From Azolla caroliniana (taxonomy: Eukaryota > Plantae > Polypodiophyta): DNA of 64,000 nt. Positions 1-12,534 of this stretch are shown one piece after another. The notes beneath the pieces were generated by a model. The model did no database searches. It saw nothing but the letters and a program-made list of their open reading frames with translations, and was not told the origin of the DNA. A program made the position numbers and the translations under genes. Where the stretch lies: NCBI GenBank assembly GCA_043228905.1, contig JBHGNT010000016.1, forward strand, positions 1,240,001-1,304,000. The letters run 5' to 3'. How positions within the stretch are numbered: position 1 is the first letter of the stretch; the number at the start of each line of letters is the position of its first letter.

Positions 1-116
1 TGCACATTGTGTTTGTGAGAGAAATTCGTGCAAGGATTGGGCTCGGACGAAGAGATGTGGAAAGCATGGTCGAATATGATCAAAGGCAGAGCATTATATC
101 AAAGTATGATACTCGG
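1..116 (-). mobile_element. LINE (RTE/L2-like) 3'-region fragment
   Basis: Aligns by eye with 2619-2735 and with the reverse complement of ~50990-51110. It ends against a (GA)n run at 117-141. Confidence 0.7.
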
Positions 117-530
117 AGAGAGAGAGAGAGAGAGAGAGAGAAGGAGGAGAAGAAGAAGAAACAAAACATATATGAATGATGGATGTAGCTCAATTGGTAA
201 AGTCGCTCAATGGAAACTAGGAGGTCGAAGTTCAGCCCTTGCATTCTGCATTGGATGCAGTAAAAACTAAGGTTATGTATCGAGTAATAAAGAGGTGAGT
301 AAACCAAGTTTTGAACTGGAGATGTAGTGTTAGTAGACCAAGAGGTCGTGGGTTTAACCCCAACATTCCACAATTGTGGGCCCCTATATTCCACAATGGC
401 ATGTAATAAAAACTAAGAGATATGTATGGAGTATAGAGAGGTGAGAAAACTAGATTTCAAACCCAATATATAGTGTTAGTAGTGTAACAACTCACCACTA
501 GAGTGAGTTGATTAACGACAACAATAACAA

Positions 531-625
531 AAAGATATATTAATGGGTTCTAAGACCAATTTTGGTCATGAGACAAATGAAAATACAAGAATGGGGTGTG
601 TACCCAATCATCCAAAAAAAGCAAT
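531..625 (-). mobile_element. LINE 3' tail fragment
   Basis: AAAGATATATTAATG...AAGACCAA...CATGAGACAA...GTGTACCC matches 43461-43540 and the reverse complement of 54400-54483. Confidence 0.6.
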
Positions 626-1637
626 CTTGTACACACATCCATGAGTTCTAATTTATTCCCGCTATCATACAATTGTTATGCCCCTAGATTATGGGGATCT
701 TGAAAAGCACAGAACACCGTCGAGATTAAGAGAATTGGGACAAGAAGATTATTTATATTATAAGAAATAGATACAAGATTACGACAAACCCAAAAGGTAC
801 AACGGGCTAGGGAGAGTTCAAGATTACAATGGGAGAGAGTAGAAACTTAGAGATTAGGAATCATAAAAAATGAGGACATGCTCCTCGCTAGGATATGGCT
901 GTTGGGACTAGTTGTCCCAACTTACGGTGGCGCCCCTTTTGGGACAAGGACAAGGACTGGATCTAGCTCCTTTCATGAGTCCCAACTCAAATTGGGACCA
1001 TGTCCTATTGGGACTGTCTGAAGTTTGATTGGGGCTGTTTGGAACTATCCCAATTAATGACAAGTAATGATTATCAATAACCATCAACTATTTTGGATGA
1101 TAAAATTTGATGAGATATCACATGTAGTGGGCTAAGCACCCAAGTTTGAATCTTAGTATGTGGGTCATTATTTTATAAGGAAATTGTAGAACCATGGTGA
1201 CCATTCCATATTTTACCTCTCCACGTATCTACCATGACCTAATTACATATATCTACATGCTTTCCCATAAAATCTAGATAATCCTTTGGCATATTGAATT
1301 TAATATATACACATGCTTTAAACCCCTCTTAAACTTCACCTCACATTGACATCATATAATGAAAGATATCGACAAAAATACCCATATGATTAATCATTCA
1401 TAAAATCACCAAATCACTCATCCCCCTATTTCCAAAACGGCCACAAATACCCCTCATTTCCAAAACGCTCTCTACATCTCATTTCCTCTCCCTATATTTC
1501 CATTTATAGACGAGTTCTCTCCCATTTCCACCATTTTTTAGTTCATATATCCCATCTCGGGATTTGTGAACTCTCCTAAATCAACCCCCTTTCATTGGTA
1601 GGCTTCGATTCCTACGTATTGCCCATATGTGGTCAAG

Positions 1638-1803
1638 GCTTTCCCTTTGGTATTTCTCTGTTGCTACTCACATAAACAAGTCGAGGCTTGACAACTGTAT
1701 TTGTGGTAAGGTTCTTAAGCTTTCCCTTTGGTTTTTCTCTGTTGATACTCACATAAACAAGTCGAGGCTTGACAACTATATTTGTGGTAAGGTTATTAAG
1801 CTT
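1638..1803. repeat. Tandem duplication, 81-bp unit x2
   Basis: GCTTTCCCTTTGG...AAGTCGAGGCTTGACAAC...GTGGTAAGGTT starts at 1638 and again at 1719, near identical. Confidence 0.95.
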
Positions 1804-2499
1804 AAAATGGACAATTCTTTCTTTCGAGAGAATGCAAGAACATGAGAAACTATACAAAAATGCGAGAAAATGTAAAAAAACGCAGATTGGGAAGCCAAAA
1901 TCAAAGAGAGAGAGAGAGAGATGGAGAGATAGAGAGGGGTATTCCATGTAAATAGGTTTCGTGGAAGAGGTAGGGGTATTGATGTAATATGCATAAACCA
2001 CTCTATATTTTTCCTCCATTCTCTCTCTGCCTCTGCATTTTGTTTTTCTTTCCATTCCTGCTCGGGAACGGAGGTGGCTATGGATGTGGTGAAGATTCCT
2101 CTAAATTCTCCTCCATGGTGAGCCCTTCTCTCCGTTTTTCTCTCCTCCATTGTCCATGCAATCATCGTCATTTCTGAGCATTTCTCAGAGCTGACGATGG
2201 TGATTGAATATACGGTTGGTCTCCCTTCTGCTGTGCATTTCTTCTGTTTAATGGAGAACATAATACAAAGAGCTGTAAAATTCTGATTGAAATCATTCAC
2301 CATACCCTTTAGTATTGAACAGAACAGGAAAAACTGAAAATCAGTGATCTATAGATTTTCTTTTGATATTTTATGATAGATTCTTTTGCGCTACGAGCAC
2401 AAGATTTCGCCATTGATATATTTGATATTGGTGTGCTAACAGATGATATCGTCTATTTGAATTCAAGAGACTGACAAAATTAGTCATTGGATATACGTA

Positions 2500-3440
2500 T
2501 TACTCGTTAATGTTTAAAGCCTGTAAGAGAGATATTTTTTTAATGTCCATGGGAGAACGTTTGTAAGTAGTGACTCTTGATGTTCAAGAACTTTACCAAT
2601 GATTGTCGCAATTTAGATTGCACACTGTGATTGTGAGAGCAATTTGTGCAAGGATTGGGTTGGGTAGAAAATGTGTGAAAAGCATAGTCGAATGTGATCA
2701 AAGGTAGATAAGTGTATCAAAGTGTGATACTCAGACTCCCGAACTTGCTTATGTGATTTATCTCATCACCTGTGCCCCAATTTCTTGTCTCACATCAAAG
2801 TGGGTGTGAACCAAGTCATTTGGAAGCAATGGTTCCAATAATGGACAACGAGATGTGTGCTGTTTCCTTGTTCAACAAAGAATATGGTTTTGTAGTTAGG
2901 TGTAATGTAGGTAGTAGAATGTGTGAAGTGTGAGCTGTCACATTTTTCTCATGTCATGATACATTGGTGTTGCAAGAAGGCCTCGCTCACACAAGACGAT
3001 TGATGTATCATGAAGCAAGTGTGTTGCAAACCATCGTCTTATAACTTGCACCCTATTGGAAAACAAATTTTATCTTTTGTGTGACCGTTTTGTCTTTTTA
3101 TTCTCTTCCTATCGACTCTAGGAAATTGATGCAAGGGACTTTTTTGAACCTTAAGCATTTAGTCAACAATCCATTCTATCTCAATGAGAAGTGATCCTGT
3201 CTCAAGAAGGAGGGTGCATGCTTTTTGTTTCTTGACTTTTAGAAACTTTGTAAGAAAATCTTCCCTTTCCAATCAGATGAATGCTATCACCTCATTTTTG
3301 CACCCATAGAGAAGCACCAATTTCACCAAAGTGTCAAAAAAAGCATTTCTTGAGGATCCAACATTTAATCTCTCCACCATTGCATATGTTTTCATGTGCA
3401 TGATATGCTCTCTTTCCCGCCTTTGAGTGGGGGATAGCAT
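2500..3440 (-). mobile_element. Degenerate LINE (RTE/L2-like) ORF2 C-terminal part
   Basis: The minus strand reads LVKLVLLYGC (post-RT 'P.LLYG.E.W' motif). 2560-2965 is the reverse-complement homolog of 50740-51170. Confidence 0.7.
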
Positions 3441-3523
3441 ATTCGTTTAATCTATGGTTTGAAGGAAATTTTGGGCCAAGTTATTCAAACTTCTCCACAG
3501 TTTCAAGTGGCTCATTATTATAC

Positions 3524-3801
3524 ATAATGCATGGCGATTCTTAGTTTGGCTCTTCACTAGCATAATCTTCATTTTAGAGCTATTGACACTCAACAAAGAT
3601 AGACATAGAAAGAGAAATAATACTCTTTTTCCTTGTGAGAACAAATACTCTTTTATCTTTTCATTACATAATGTGAACTATACAAATTTAGACAAATGAA
3701 GGTGTTGTTTAGGTTTAGATATAATGCATGGTGATCCTTATTTTGGCTCTTCACTAGCATAATCTTCATTTTGGAGCTATTGACACTCAACAAAGACAGA
3801 C

Positions 3802-3835
<34 letters not shown>

Positions 3836-3936
3836 AATACTCTTTTTCCTTATGAGAACAAATACTCTTTTATCTTTTATTACATAATGTGGACTACACA
3901 AATTTAGAAAAATGAAGGTGTTGTTTAGATTTAGAC
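3524..3936. repeat. Tandem duplication, ~200-bp unit x2, with a (GA)n expansion in copy 2
   Basis: ATAATGCATGG...GAAGGTGTTGTTTAG occurs at 3524 and 3721. Confidence 0.92.
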
Positions 3937-4264
3937 AAGAAAAATGAATTGTTAATTTTGGGCATTCAATGCATGGCATGGCTGTTTTTTTGAAGGTCAC
4001 AAAAGGTTTCCAAACTCTCTGGATTTCAAAGTGGACATAGGAATGAGCGTGTCAAGGTATTCATACTCTTTTCCCCTTTTGGCATACTTATTTAAATATC
4101 ACTTTCAGCTGAATCTATAATGGCATCCTTTAAATGGTACAAACAATGTAAGACCTTATGCTAATTTGAAAATTTGCAATACAACTCAGGCTGTATATAT
4201 GCATATGCTATATTCATATTTGATGTTAAAGCAGTTCAGAAGTAATAGACACTTTCAAGTGATC

Positions 4265-5785
4265 ATGGCCGCGGACTCCAAACCAATTGAGGATGAGGTC
4301 ATACAAAGAGAACTTCAGAGAGAGAGAGACAAGATAGCTCGCCAAGCTGAGATGGAGGCAGCTGAAAAGCAACGTGCTAATGATAAGGCCCGGAAAGAAA
4401 TGCGTGAATGGTGAGAGAACTCTGTCTGTTGTTCAAAGAGAAACTCATTTTTCTAAGAAGTCTCGGAGAGAAATGCGCAAATGATGAGAGAATTCTGTAT
4501 ATTGTCTAATAAAAAACCTTACTTTTTTGGTATGATTATTACCGATTTTAGATAGGTCCTCTTTAATGCATAAATATATGATTTGATATGTCAGATCCAC
4601 ATGCCATGTCTATATACCTTACCTATATCTCATACTATACCGTATAGATTGCAAGATCTATGTTAGGATACTCAGTCATATGGTAGACGATGAACATGGG
4701 TTTACTGACAAAGTATTCAGAGGGGGACGTTTTTGGTGTGATCAATGTTCCGAACACTGCTATACCTAATAGCTCAAGTAAAGCAATAAGGAGAACAAGA
4801 CCAAGCTACTCTATTACGAGAGCAATGACATGCTGTAAAGGTTGATTGTTGGGAGGTGAGTATCCTCTACTTTTCTTGTGATCATACAATGCATAAGTAG
4901 TCTAACCTTGTGAAGCTTGTATGTACTAAGAAGAAACTATTTATGAAGGATGAATTGAGCAGCAACCGTGTCCAATTTTAGATTTATGTGATGCCTACAT
5001 ATATTGGATATCTACGTCACAAAATAAGTCTTCAAGTACTTCAACTTGTGTTCATTATCTATTATATTGTAGGAAGAAATCTTTTATGAAGAATGAATTG
5101 CGCAGCAACCATTTTCAGGCTAAGCAGAAATAGCTTCAGATAGTGATAAGTTAAAGTTGTTTACGAAGAATTGACTGCGTGTTGTTTTAGGATCTTGTTT
5201 CTATAACTCACTTCTCAAGCCTCATATTGTTATGAATCAATGGAAAAAGAAATGTACTGTTTTTTTTCATACTAAACATCTAAGGATTTCATTCATCCAT
5301 TATTTAATATAAATATAAAACACATCAAGGTTTATTCAAAATAATAATATCTAAATCAAATACGTTGATCAAGCTAGAAAGATAGCAATTGGGAAGGGGA
5401 AATTTTCAATAACTGCGACAAAATAATAAATAATTGTTACTTCAGAATCTTGTTATCTGTTCATGTAAGATTCTGAAGCTAGATATATTGTAATTTTTGT
5501 CTTCGAAAGATCTCTAGTGTAGGTTGATGCAGAATAGCGAGGTCTCCAGAGCAAGGGAAGCACCTGCAAAGGTGGGAGATAATGGCCTTTATCTGTCAAT
5601 GACAAGGTTGGTGAGATCATGGTCCATGGGGCTGGGGCCTATGTGCATGACAAATTGCTATTGCCCGATCCATTGTAACCCCTTTGTTATGTCTGGTTGA
5701 CTTGTAGCATGAGTCGGAGTGATGGGGCTAAAGAAAGTTGTGATTGTTCTTTGTTGATGAACTTGTCTGGCTGTACTGGTGTTCT

Positions 5786-5832
<47 letters not shown>

Positions 5833-6657
5833 ATTTGTGAAGAAAGAAAAAAGCAAGGACTCTAATAGGTGGATAGAAAAATGGGAAGCAAAAAAGAGGA
5901 GTGAAGGTTGGGGTGGGTACGAGAAATGCTGGGTGCTAAGATCTTCAGATAAAGCACAAGTACGTGCTGAGGAGATCATCTCAGGGGAAGGTATATTGGT
6001 GGGAGCAGAACCATTGGTATCAGGTTCCATAAAACCACTAGTTCTTTCTTTACCAACGGTAATTGTTATCCTGCATAAACCGTGTATATGTATATATCAC
6101 CTTTTTTAGTTGCATTGACTATCTGTTTTATTAAGCTATGAAAGATAGTCTACGTATAGTTTAGAGAAACATTCAATATTTTCTGAATGTGATTCCAAAG
6201 ACAGCAATTAGTACTAGTATTTTAAGAACTTCTTGTTTTGTATTGTCATTTTAACTACCACAGGTTTCAAGCGTTCATGCACACGTGTATGGAAAAGATG
6301 TGGTAAAAGGCTACAAAAAATATGTCCGTGAGTATTTTGTTGTTGACCTAGGAAGTACAAATGGTACCTATCTTAATAGGTGATGATACATGCTACCACA
6401 TATTAGTTTTGCTTTTATGATGGTCCAAAAACTCAAATTTCTTAATTAATTGTCTAATTTAGGTCAAAATTGCGGCCTCGGACTGAGGTAAAACTTTCAA
6501 AAGGGGATACATTGAAATTTGGGGATGAGGTGTGGATGCATTTTACTTGTACACGTGTTTTCTTCATGTATGCTCAAATCATATCATGTCCATAACCTCG
6601 TTGAGCTTTCTTTCACCTTTTTAGGAAGCTGTTTTTGTTGTGGAGGCTCAAGAATAA
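4265..6657 (+). CDS. FHA-domain protein with N-terminal coiled coil (5' structure uncertain)
   Basis: Exons 4235/4265-4410 (MAADSKPIEDEVIQRELQRE...KEMRE), ~5932-6058, 6264-6379, 6463-6529 and 6625-6657 give ...LPTVSSVHA...VVDLGSTNGTYLNR...GDTLKFGDEEAVFVVEAQE*, the FHA signature (SxxHA, DLxSTNGT). The last three introns are canonical GT-AG. The acceptor before 5932 is not canonical. Confidence 0.8.
5545..5790 (-). mobile_element. Dispersed repeat (probable TE fragment), inverted homolog of 16920-17185
   Basis: Its reverse complement contains CAAGTTCATCAACAAAGAACAATCACAACTTTCTTTAGC and TTGACAGATAAAGGCCATTATCTCCCAC, both matched at 16945-17165. A (GA)n run follows at 5787-5830. Confidence 0.7.
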
Positions 6658-7720
6658 TTAGTTTAGAAGAACATCTCTTCTAAATGCAAGCTGAGGTAAA
6701 GTCTGAAGACCTTCATTTTTCTCTTAATTGGCACCCTAAACCTAAACTCAAACCCTCATTATTGTAAAATATTCCTTATATTGTTTTTTTGTCTTTCCCT
6801 GTTTTCTCAATCAAACATCCAATCCTTGTATCTGAGAATTGCATACACATTGTTTCTCACATGAATAATTGAGAACCAGTATTTTTTTTATTTGTTGCAG
6901 ATTTGGAAGTGCCCAAAGTATTTGATGTGTGGAGTTTGAAACTGTTCATGCTCAATGCTTTTTAAAGTTATATTAAGGAATGAATAGACTTGAAAACAAA
7001 ATGATTTTTAGTGGTTTCTAGAATTGGTTTTAACATACTTTTCTTGAAACCTTGTTGTACATATATGCAATCCTGAACATAAGGATGCATGTGCTCCCAT
7101 TTAATGGAAGTCTAATAAGATCTATCAAAACGCTAAAATTGGTTTCAACTAAATACTTGCAAGGATGTTGGTAGATGAATTGTTTGGCCAAAATCAACAT
7201 GGTTGTTGACAAGCTTGATGATTGTGTGTGTATATTCTTGCAATAGGAAAATGGGTATAGCTGACTGATTTATGAGACCTATTGGTTAGGCTTGCAATTG
7301 CTAGATTCTTATATTTCCTAGATCATGATTTATAATGATAATGGCAAAAACTTTTTTAACGTGGCAATAAGAAGCTAACATAAAGGCATGCAATCAGTAT
7401 TTAATTATGGTACCACCCACAAACAAATGGGATAGTAATGCTAAGTAGTATATGCATTGTTGAAGATGATTTTGATGGAAATTGAGAGGGATTGTGGTAC
7501 TTCTTTACCTTGTTTTACATTTAGGCGTTGTATACTTCTTTTGGAGTACCTTTACCCTGCTTTTGGACACCATCTTTTTGACTGGGCCCAATGGGAATGG
7601 ATTATATACTTCCTAACAAGGAATTTGAGCTTTGGCACATAAAGAATTGGGACATCCAAGCAAAATTTAACATAAAGAATTGGGAAAGTGGATCTACTAT
7701 TGTTCTATGAGATAGGGAGA

Positions 7721-10023
7721 TTAGTTTGGAGCATGTAACATATCAAAAGAAATGTCCATGCCATTGTAAGTTGTGGGAGCATACATCCAATACTCATCAG
7801 AGCTTAAAAGCTGCATTATGAAAAAACACATGATTAATTGAGACTATATGCCACATTTATGAATGAGTTATCGTATATTAATCTTTACAAAATATCATAG
7901 TTTACTAATGAATCATAAATATGTATTACCTTTACTTGTAGTTGTAAGAATTTAACGTAACTTATTGCTTCCTCGAGCATTGTCACAATATCAACCTATA
8001 TAAACCACATAGGATAACATAAACCATAACGTCATGGAGCACCTTTTTCAATGAGCTAGAACATAGAGAGATATGGAAATCGGACAATACCAATAGGGGT
8101 TTAATGCTAGATTTTACAAATCATGTAATGGATGTTACCTTTGCTCCATTAGGAACTAAATTTTGTAGTATCCTCAACCTCTCGTTGATTCGTTCTCGCC
8201 GTTGCTAAAAAAAGAAAGAAAGGAACGTTGCGCTAATGTAAATGTAGAACCATATACATATAGAACACACAATAAAACCATACATTCAGACCTTTATAAC
8301 TTGTATACATATGTGAAGTATTGTGGTCTATGCAATACAAGTAGCAATTAGAACTTCATAGATAAACTAAAACATTTGCCAAGTCACATGAAAATTTTAT
8401 TTATGCTAGAGCTCACATCAAGGAGTTGGCTTCTTTACTCTCACAACCGATCTCTTCTTAGGTAGCTTTGCACCTTGAGACGATAAGAGAAGAGCACGGG
8501 GCCACCAATTGGGGTATTCACTCGATTGAAACCCTCCATATAATATATGATCATGTGAATTCAAGCCCTATTTAAGAATTCCCGTTGTTTCATGAAATTC
8601 CCATTTCTTGATCATGAATTTTTCTAGTCCTTTGTGACTTGGAGACATTTTCCATCAGTTTTACATGGATTCAATTCAGCTCGATTTTATAGACTATAAG
8701 TGCGATTCAACAATTATCAATGAGATTCTAGGGCCAATGATTCCCCAACCTTTCTATCAATTGTTCATGTTCTCCCTCCAATGTATTCCATTAGATACAA
8801 TCTCTTGCAGACCCGTTTCGAAAACCTTGTTGTGATAATTTATTCTTTATGCTTTGTGGAAAATGTTTCGGCTATTTTCTTCTAGGTTTCACATGGGGGA
8901 GTAGAAAGGATTCATAGAAAACAGAATGCAATGTTATCAAGACAGTGTGTGTAAGGAATGTATGTGTTTTGATGGATATCTCTCTCTAGAGTCTATACAC
9001 ACACACACACATATATATGTATTATGTATAATATATATACCCTTGCATACACACTTTGAGGGTCAGTTGCAGAGCCTCGCTTTGCTCTGGGCCTCATCAC
9101 AACGTCTGTCTCTTCTTCTTCTTCTTCTTCTGCTTCTCTTTCTTCTCCTTCTGCATTTCTCATCGGGTTTGTTAAATCATTAGCCTCATCATGATGGTTC
9201 ATATCCTGTTTGCACATATAAAACGATCAGATGTAATAAATAATGGCGTTTAATGCCTTCAAATTTTGCATATATAAAACGATCACATCCACAAAATGAT
9301 CTCTCTATAAAACAAAATGAATAGAATGCAAAGATCTGAACTGCATGCTGGGGTATGCAAAGATCTCTTTATAGATTGATTATATATTTGGTTTATGACC
9401 TGCTTTGAATTAAAATGCAAAGAGCTTAACTGTAGTTTGGAATCGAAGGAGATAGATATTGGCTTTGGTGATCGACTATAGATCGAAATGCAAATATCTT
9501 GACTATAGATTTAAATGTTAATATCTTAACAATAATTGGCACCTAAGGTTCTATATAGAAATGCAAAAGATCTTAATCAATCATAAGTTTTTTTCAGAAG
9601 GATAATAGGAAAAATATTTGTGAATGAAGAGACAAGCCTGAAAGGTTGAAGTGCAAAGATCTTTTGAGAAAACTGGAATTTTTGGTTTTCTCATGGTTAT
9701 AATCTGAAGTGGTATGGGAAGAAAGCAGTTTGGTTGTGTTTATTGTTGAGATTAGGTACCTTATAAATGTTAACAGTGTTGGGGTAGTGGCTGTCACTAC
9801 CGTTTATGCAGAAGTGCTTCTTGTGGGGAGGGGGACATTCTCTTAGATCACAATTATGATCCCAATTATGTGTGTTATAACTGTAGTTATAACAAGAATC
9901 ATAGTTGTATGTAGATGTAGGTGGCACACCGTTGATGATCACCATTGATCGATTCTCATTAGCATGAATTGGTTTGCTAACCAATTCCTCCTCTTCTTCC
10001 TCCTCTACAACATATTTTTCCAT
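7721..10023 (-). CDS. RSL: Class II RSL (ROOT HAIR DEFECTIVE SIX-LIKE) bHLH transcription factor
   Basis: Exons 10023-9760, 9205-9041, 8204-8139, 7995-7930 and 7810-7721 (all GT-AG, phase 0) give [77 protein letters not shown]. This is the bHLH plus class II RSL domain. A possible upstream start lies at 10786. Confidence 0.93.
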
Positions 10024-11085
10024 AGTCAACGCTTATAAGAAAATATATTGATTGTGATTTGAATTGAATCAACAATTAAAGGATCATTTCTGAAACAGCA
10101 AAGTGATGGACATCATCAACCTGATATACTTAAACAATCTCTTTTACATATACTAGTACTTGCATTGCAACAAAAACATTTGCTGGAATCATGTGATATT
10201 TATAGTATTCATGTATAGCTCAACAACCCTTCCTTAGCAATAATTAATGGCCATACCTCATTCACTACCTTCCCAATAACATACCTTCTCACCCATCATC
10301 ACAAGTGTTCCATAACACTCAAATCAACAACCACGCTTTAATTTTTTATGTTTTAATCAGATTCTTATGGGTGCATGCACGTGTACTCATGTGTTGTCAC
10401 TTTGAGGTTCCCACCAATTATAGAATGCATTTCTAAAACACTGGTTCTAATATGACTTTTGTAGTAATATCAAGCATCACAATTTTGGTGTGTAGGTGTA
10501 ATGATATATGAATTACCAAAATTCTGCATTAGGTGGTCTATATGTGCGGTGCTTGTACATAATGTGATTTCAAGAACATGCTCAAGGAATGTAATTTTAA
10601 AAAGGAGAATATCAATAATTGCTTTGACTTTCTGGCCTAATCCTCATAAAGGCCTCCATACAAAAGATAGAAAACATAAAAACGGCCACAATTGAATTTT
10701 AGCCAGTCAGGCCAGCAAGAGAATCATTATTAAACCATGAGAAAACACCCTCAACCCACACATTCGCACGAATGCTCACCTGCCATATAAATCTCAATGC
10801 ATAAATGACTCCAATTGACCACGAGCTATAAGGTATCAAAATGGCAGTTACATTCAAGAATTGATTTCTAAAAGTGGAATTACATATTATTTTCTCATTT
10901 TAGATTCTTCTTCTCCCGAGCTTATACATTTGGACACATGACTCTTTACCTTCTCCCTTACAGGGGAAGCGAAAACTTAGGTGTTGGCACTCAAATAAAC
11001 TGTATTTCCTATATAACCACATTGACTACAATGATCCAATATTCAATGGGTCTCATTTTTACACAGATATAGCAATAGAACAGTG

Positions 11086-12503
11086 TTAACTGGAAGATGT
11101 TGCATTCGCCAAATTTTGGAAGTTCAAAATATCTTTAAGCTAGCATAACACCTGACCATAAACTGTGAAGGGAATCTGGTAAATACTAGTATTTCGGAGT
11201 TCAACTAGAACTTCCACTGTTACTCCCAATGCTGGGATACATGACAAAGCATACTCTGCTTTCTCTACAATGAATAGGGTCGATTCTATAATTTCCTTCC
11301 AAACAAATAGGAATATGACTGGCATTTCCTAACATGATATTTGCAAGAAATATTTAATACTATATTAAGAGCACCCCAGCCTATGCTTATTTCTTGCTAT
11401 AGCAATGCCAATACAAGAATGGCATTTCACAAAAGGAGAAACAGATATATACATAACATGGCATAATGTCCACGATGTAACTAGTATAAGAAACTAAAGA
11501 AGGATCCCTCTAGCATTACCACCATTTATAGTCCATCATTATTCCAAATTCATTTCCTGCATTCTTGCATATCTAGTGTGAGTTAAGAAAACATCAAGCC
11601 AAACATCAGAGATTCTTTTATCTAGATTCTGCATAAATAAACATATAGCTGAAGGATACTCTGCAAGCTTTATTTTCACCTGCTGCAGTACTCTCTTTGG
11701 AGAGTTTGTCCTTGAGACAGAGTCATGTGGGTTCTGCAAAGATGAATTGTAAAACCGATGGTTGGGATGTAAGTAACCAATTTCACGTGTATTAGATGGA
11801 TAGATTTAGATCATAAATGTTATGATTGTTGATGGCAAAAGTTCCAATCACTACTCATTAAGCTAAACATTTTTATACATCAAATAGAACACATTCTTGA
11901 AAATCTCATTTCCATTTAATATCTTCAAGACATTTACCAATTCCTCTTCACCACCACAGATACTACTTGAAACCAAAGACTCTGAAACTCTTTCCTCAAC
12001 ATTCACATTGGTTTTAGAGTGTCTACTATATGAATCCTTCCTCCTAAATCCAAAAGTAATCATAGTAAATTTCCATGATGCCTATCTTTAGATCATACTC
12101 AGTGCTACATATAGATTTAGGGGAAGAGAGTGTTTACCAATTATTTCTTACGGAACTCAAAGGGCTTCGTGGTGTACTCTGCAAAAACAAGAAAATAATA
12201 CTATGTTAATCAGGTTTTAAATATGCTTCAATTTTGTTTGATCCATATATTCTATTTCAAAGGCTTCTATACTTGAGAGAATTCTTTACAAGGTCTGACA
12301 ACAAGTCTTACCAAAGCATCTGTATCCTCCTTAGAGTCTCTAAATAATGAAGACAGCTTAGATGGACTGAGCACACAACAATCCCTTGGCTTCATACAAC
12401 TTGATTTATATCCTGGGGAATCTCTGTTTTATGTTGGAATAAATGCTTCTCTCTCTTGTTTGATCTTATAGGCTATTTTGGCCTCTTAAAAGACGTTAAT
12501 ATA

Positions 12504-12534
<31 letters not shown>

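Noticed and set aside
28-394. ORFs with ERERER/RRRR or SLSLSL tracts (also at 1633, 5785, 14030, 55054-55385)
   Set aside because: They are translations of microsatellites with no domain signal.
673-1062. TTGGGAC/GTCCCAA inverted motifs and TG...CA ends suggesting a solo LTR
   Set aside because: No matching TSD or second copy was found, so boundaries cannot be supported.
1595-1620. T-arm-like hairpin GTAGG-CTTCGATT-CCTAC
   Set aside because: No D-arm, anticodon arm or acceptor stem; not a tRNA.
2080-2215. Possible first exons of the FHA gene (MDVVKIPLNSPP|, MVIEYT|)
   Set aside because: Splice sites are plausible, but no confident in-frame path was established. They may be 5' UTR exons.
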